From NCBI GenBank assembly GCA_964383335.1, contig CAYLHR010000002.1, forward strand, positions 1 through 48,743: a stretch of DNA of 48,743 bases, given 5' to 3'. The notes under the pieces were generated by a model that worked only from the letters and a program-made list of their open reading frames with translations, was not told the origin of the DNA and did no database searches. Position 1 is the stretch's first letter, and every line of letters begins with the position of its first letter. A program made the translations under genes and the position numbers. This stretch comes from an uncultured Lachnospiraceae bacterium. GTDB taxonomy: Bacteria; Bacillota; Clostridia; Lachnospirales; Lachnospiraceae. Below are positions 46,185 to 48,743 of the stretch, piece by piece.

Positions 46185-47426
46185 TCATGAGAGCAGGTCC
46201 GGCACCGCCAGTCCGAGGAGGCCGAGAAGCCTGCAGTACTCCTCCGTGCGTTCCTTCAGATCGAAATAGCCGGGGTCGGGACCGGGCTCCCCGGCATCCC
46301 ACGCGTAGTCCTCGGTGAGATCGACGTCATACATATAACAGATGAGCTCATCTTCGAGGGCGCGGACCACGGGATACAGCTCCGCGTAAAGGGCGGATGT
46401 TTCAAAGTCAGCCTGGTTCATACCGCTCTTTTTGATCCAGTACTCCCCGTCCGGCCGCCACCCCTCCGGGCCCGTGAGAAGCAGAAAATCATCAAATCCC
46501 CATCTCGGCCCGGCATCATTATAAAAAATCTCATTCTGGAGCACCGAAAGAAGGCGGCCATAGAGGTACATGGCGGCCGGATCCGTCTCCGTCATGCGGA
46601 GAAAGACGCGGAAACACGGAAGAAAGTCATTGAACAGGGCGTACGGATCGGTGTTTCGCGGATGCATTTTCAGCCCCTCAAAGGCGTCGGGGAGCATGTC
46701 AAGAAACAGCCTGCGGTTCCGGCGCAGCACGTCATCCTCTTCCCGTGAGGCCGCCTCGGCATATGGCTCCCCGCGGTCCGGATTCAGACCTTCATTTTGA
46801 AGGATGAACGATGCGAGCGCGTCCGAGAGCTCTCTGTGGCCGCGGAGGTCCAGATGCAGGAAATCAGTTTCGGAAACCTGTGCATACTCATCCGCGTCCA
46901 GAAACAGGCACTGCTCCTCCTCCGCGACGGCACGGTACTTTCTCCCCAGATCCCGCGATAAGCTCACCGACTCCTCATCGAACTCCCCTGAAAACGGGGA
47001 GTCTGAAGCGATGCGCCGGTCCAGCCGGGGCGGGGACAGGACGAGGATCCCGGCGGGCCGGGTCTGCGCTCCCGAAACCATGCTCCGCACATCCCGGATA
47101 TACCCGCGCATGGCTTCCGCGAGCTGATCCGGGGTGACGGAGAAGCGGCTCTTGAGATCGTTCGTCCCCAGCATCAAGATGACGAGATCGAGCGGCCGGT
47201 GGGAGTAGAGGACGGCCCGGAAGGAGGAGCGGCCGCATTTCCAGGGCGCCTCCTCCGGGACGGCCAGCGCGGTCCTCCCGTTGCAGCCCTCCTCGATGAC
47301 GTGATAATGATCTCCGAGCAGGATCTGCAGGCGGCCGGGCCAGCGCACCGCCGGGTCGAATCTCCCGCCGGTCTCCGGATCATATCCGTATGTGTTCGAG
47401 TCTCCGTAGCACAAAATCTGTTTCAT
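46185..47426 (-). CDS. SGNH/GDSL hydrolase with uncharacterised C-terminal domain
   Basis: CYGDSNTYG, EEGCNGRT, MLGTNDLK, DFLH in the first ~210 aa. Confidence 0.88.
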   Translation of the reverse strand: MKQILCYGDSNTYGYDPETGGRFDPAVRWPGRLQILLGDHYHVIEEGCNGRTALAVPEEAPWKCGRSSFRAVLYSHRPLDLVILMLGTNDLKSRFSVTPDQLAEAMRGYIRDVRSMVSGAQTRPAGILVLSPPRLDRRIASDSPFSGEFDEESVSLSRDLGRKYRAVAEEEQCLFLDADEYAQVSETDFLHLDLRGHRELSDALASFILQNEGLNPDRGEPYAEAASREEDDVLRRNRRLFLDMLPDAFEGLKMHPRNTDPYALFNDFLPCFRVFLRMTETDPAAMYLYGRLLSVLQNEIFYNDAGPRWGFDDFLLLTGPEGWRPDGEYWIKKSGMNQADFETSALYAELYPVVRALEDELICYMYDVDLTEDYAWDAGEPGPDPGYFDLKERTEEYCRLLGLLGLAVPDLLS

Positions 47427-47496
47427 CTTCCCGTTTTTCGAGGAACGCGCGTCCTCCCGGCTCTCCGTGCCGGATCCTGTTTATATCACCCGGGTA

Positions 47497-48678
47497 TCAG
47501 TTCGCAGACTGCATCGCCGACGCCGCGTACAGGGCCGCGGCGGTGCGCATCGCCCCGTCGTCCGTGTGGAACCGCGGCCGGTGCAGTTCCTCCGTCTTCT
47601 CCCCCTCCGTCCCGCTGCCGACCCAGTAGAAGAAGCTGGGGACATGGGTTCTGTAGAGCGCGAAGTCCTCGCTCGCGAGAGAGGGCGGGGCGTCGTAGAG
47701 GTCTCCCACGGAAGCGGCGCATTTTTTTGCGATCCCCGTCATCTCCGGCGTGTTCCACACGGAAGGAATCCGCTCTTCGTAGCGGATCTCGACGGTGCAC
47801 TCGTAGGCCTCCGCCGTGCGGCGGATGATCGACTCGATCCTCTCAAGGGACCGGTCGAGCGCGGCCTCGGAGAGGGACCGGATCGTCGCCCGCATCCGCA
47901 CCTGGTCCACGACCAGATTCTGGGGGCTTCCTCCCTCGATCATATTGACGGACAGCACCGAGCTGTCGAGCGGGTTGGTGTTCCTGCTGATCACGGTCTG
48001 GAGTGACTGGATACAGGCCGCCGCGCAGACGATCGGATCGATGTTAAGATGCGGCATCGAGCCGTGTCCGCCGTACCCGTGAATGACCACCTCGAAATTC
48101 CGCTTGCCGGACATGAGCGCGCCCTCGCGGCAGACGATCTTTCCCGCCGGCACCGAGGGCCAGTTGTGGATGCCGAAGCAGTATTTCGGGTGAATCCGGT
48201 CAAAGAGGCCGGCGTCGATCATGAGCCGGGCCCCGTGCGTGCCCTCCTCGTAGGGCTGGAAGACGAGATCCGCGGTGCCGGTCCATTCGCCGGACGCCGC
48301 CGCATCGGACAGAATCATCGCCGCGCCGATGAGGGACGCCGTGTGAAAATCGTGGCCGCAGGCGTGCATGACGCCCTCGGTCCGGGACTTCCACGGGCTC
48401 TCATACTCCTCCGTCTGCGGAAGCGCGTCGATATCCGCGCGAAGCATGATCTCCGGCCCCGCCGGCCGGCCGGTTTCCGGCGACGGCGCCCCGCTGATCC
48501 GCGCGGCCACGCCGGTCTCAACCGGCAGCTCCAAAAGCTCCACGCCCGGAATCTTCCGCAGCTCCTCCCGGATCCGCTCCGTCGTCCTCACCTCGCGCCC
48601 GGACAGCTCCGGATGCATATGGAGATCCCTCTTGATCTCCAGAACCCTCTGAAACTCCTCTTCACTTAACTGCCGCAT
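47497..48678 (-). CDS. M20-family amidohydrolase
   Basis: HMHPELS, LRADIDALP, MHACGHD, FQPYEE, GGHGSMPH, SEDFA, LHRPRF. Confidence 0.93.
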   Translation of the reverse strand: MRQLSEEEFQRVLEIKRDLHMHPELSGREVRTTERIREELRKIPGVELLELPVETGVAARISGAPSPETGRPAGPEIMLRADIDALPQTEEYESPWKSRTEGVMHACGHDFHTASLIGAAMILSDAAASGEWTGTADLVFQPYEEGTHGARLMIDAGLFDRIHPKYCFGIHNWPSVPAGKIVCREGALMSGKRNFEVVIHGYGGHGSMPHLNIDPIVCAAACIQSLQTVISRNTNPLDSSVLSVNMIEGGSPQNLVVDQVRMRATIRSLSEAALDRSLERIESIIRRTAEAYECTVEIRYEERIPSVWNTPEMTGIAKKCAASVGDLYDAPPSLASEDFALYRTHVPSFFYWVGSGTEGEKTEELHRPRFHTDDGAMRTAAALYAASAMQSAN

Positions 48679-48693
48679 CTTATCTGCCTCCTT

Positions 48694-48743
48694 TGAGTCA
48701 GTGGGGACGGTTCTTTTGTCTCGAAATGAGTCAAAAGAACCGT
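48694..48743. repeat. REP-like palindromic element truncated by the window end
   Basis: ACGGTTCTTTTGTCTC-GAAAT-GAGTCAAAAGAACCGT (one mismatch). Confidence 0.6.

Overview
High-GC Firmicutes-type DNA (Clostridia/Lachnospiraceae-like by gene content, sigma-A promoters and SD sites; the taxon is inferred). About 42 kb is a large cell-surface glycopolymer locus. From left to right it contains: (i) a TagF-like polyol-phosphate transferase and a large priming glycosylphosphotransferase, transcribed divergently from a three-gene operon (XRE-HTH fused to a degenerate IspD/TarI domain, an intact IspD/TarI-like cytidylyltransferase and an FGGY kinase); (ii) a Wzx/Wzy cluster with a complete pseudaminic-acid pathway (pseB, C, H, G, I, F), an adenylation enzyme/ACP/FabG-like module, a sialyltransferase-like transferase, two LicD proteins, an ATP-grasp-HAD fusion, PglF/PglE/PglC-like genes, a TagD-like cytidylyltransferase and a stand-alone asparagine-synthase domain; (iii) MBOAT/SGNH acylation genes and secreted Ig/FN3/SGNH proteins; (iv) phosphonopyruvate decarboxylase and phosphonoacetaldehyde reductase without a visible PEP mutase. 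Housekeeping genes follow: thyA, panT-coaX-coaBC, an SGNH hydrolase and an M20 amidohydrolase. The best candidates for something undescribed are the HTH-pseudo-cytidylyltransferase regulator with its kinase-fed CDP-polyol pathway and candidate operators, the glycosyltransferase-poor Pse/phosphodiester polymer, and a 3 x 51-bp structured repeat between coaX and coaBC. No rRNA, tRNA, CRISPR array or transposase was seen. All calls come from reading motifs by eye; no database searches were run.
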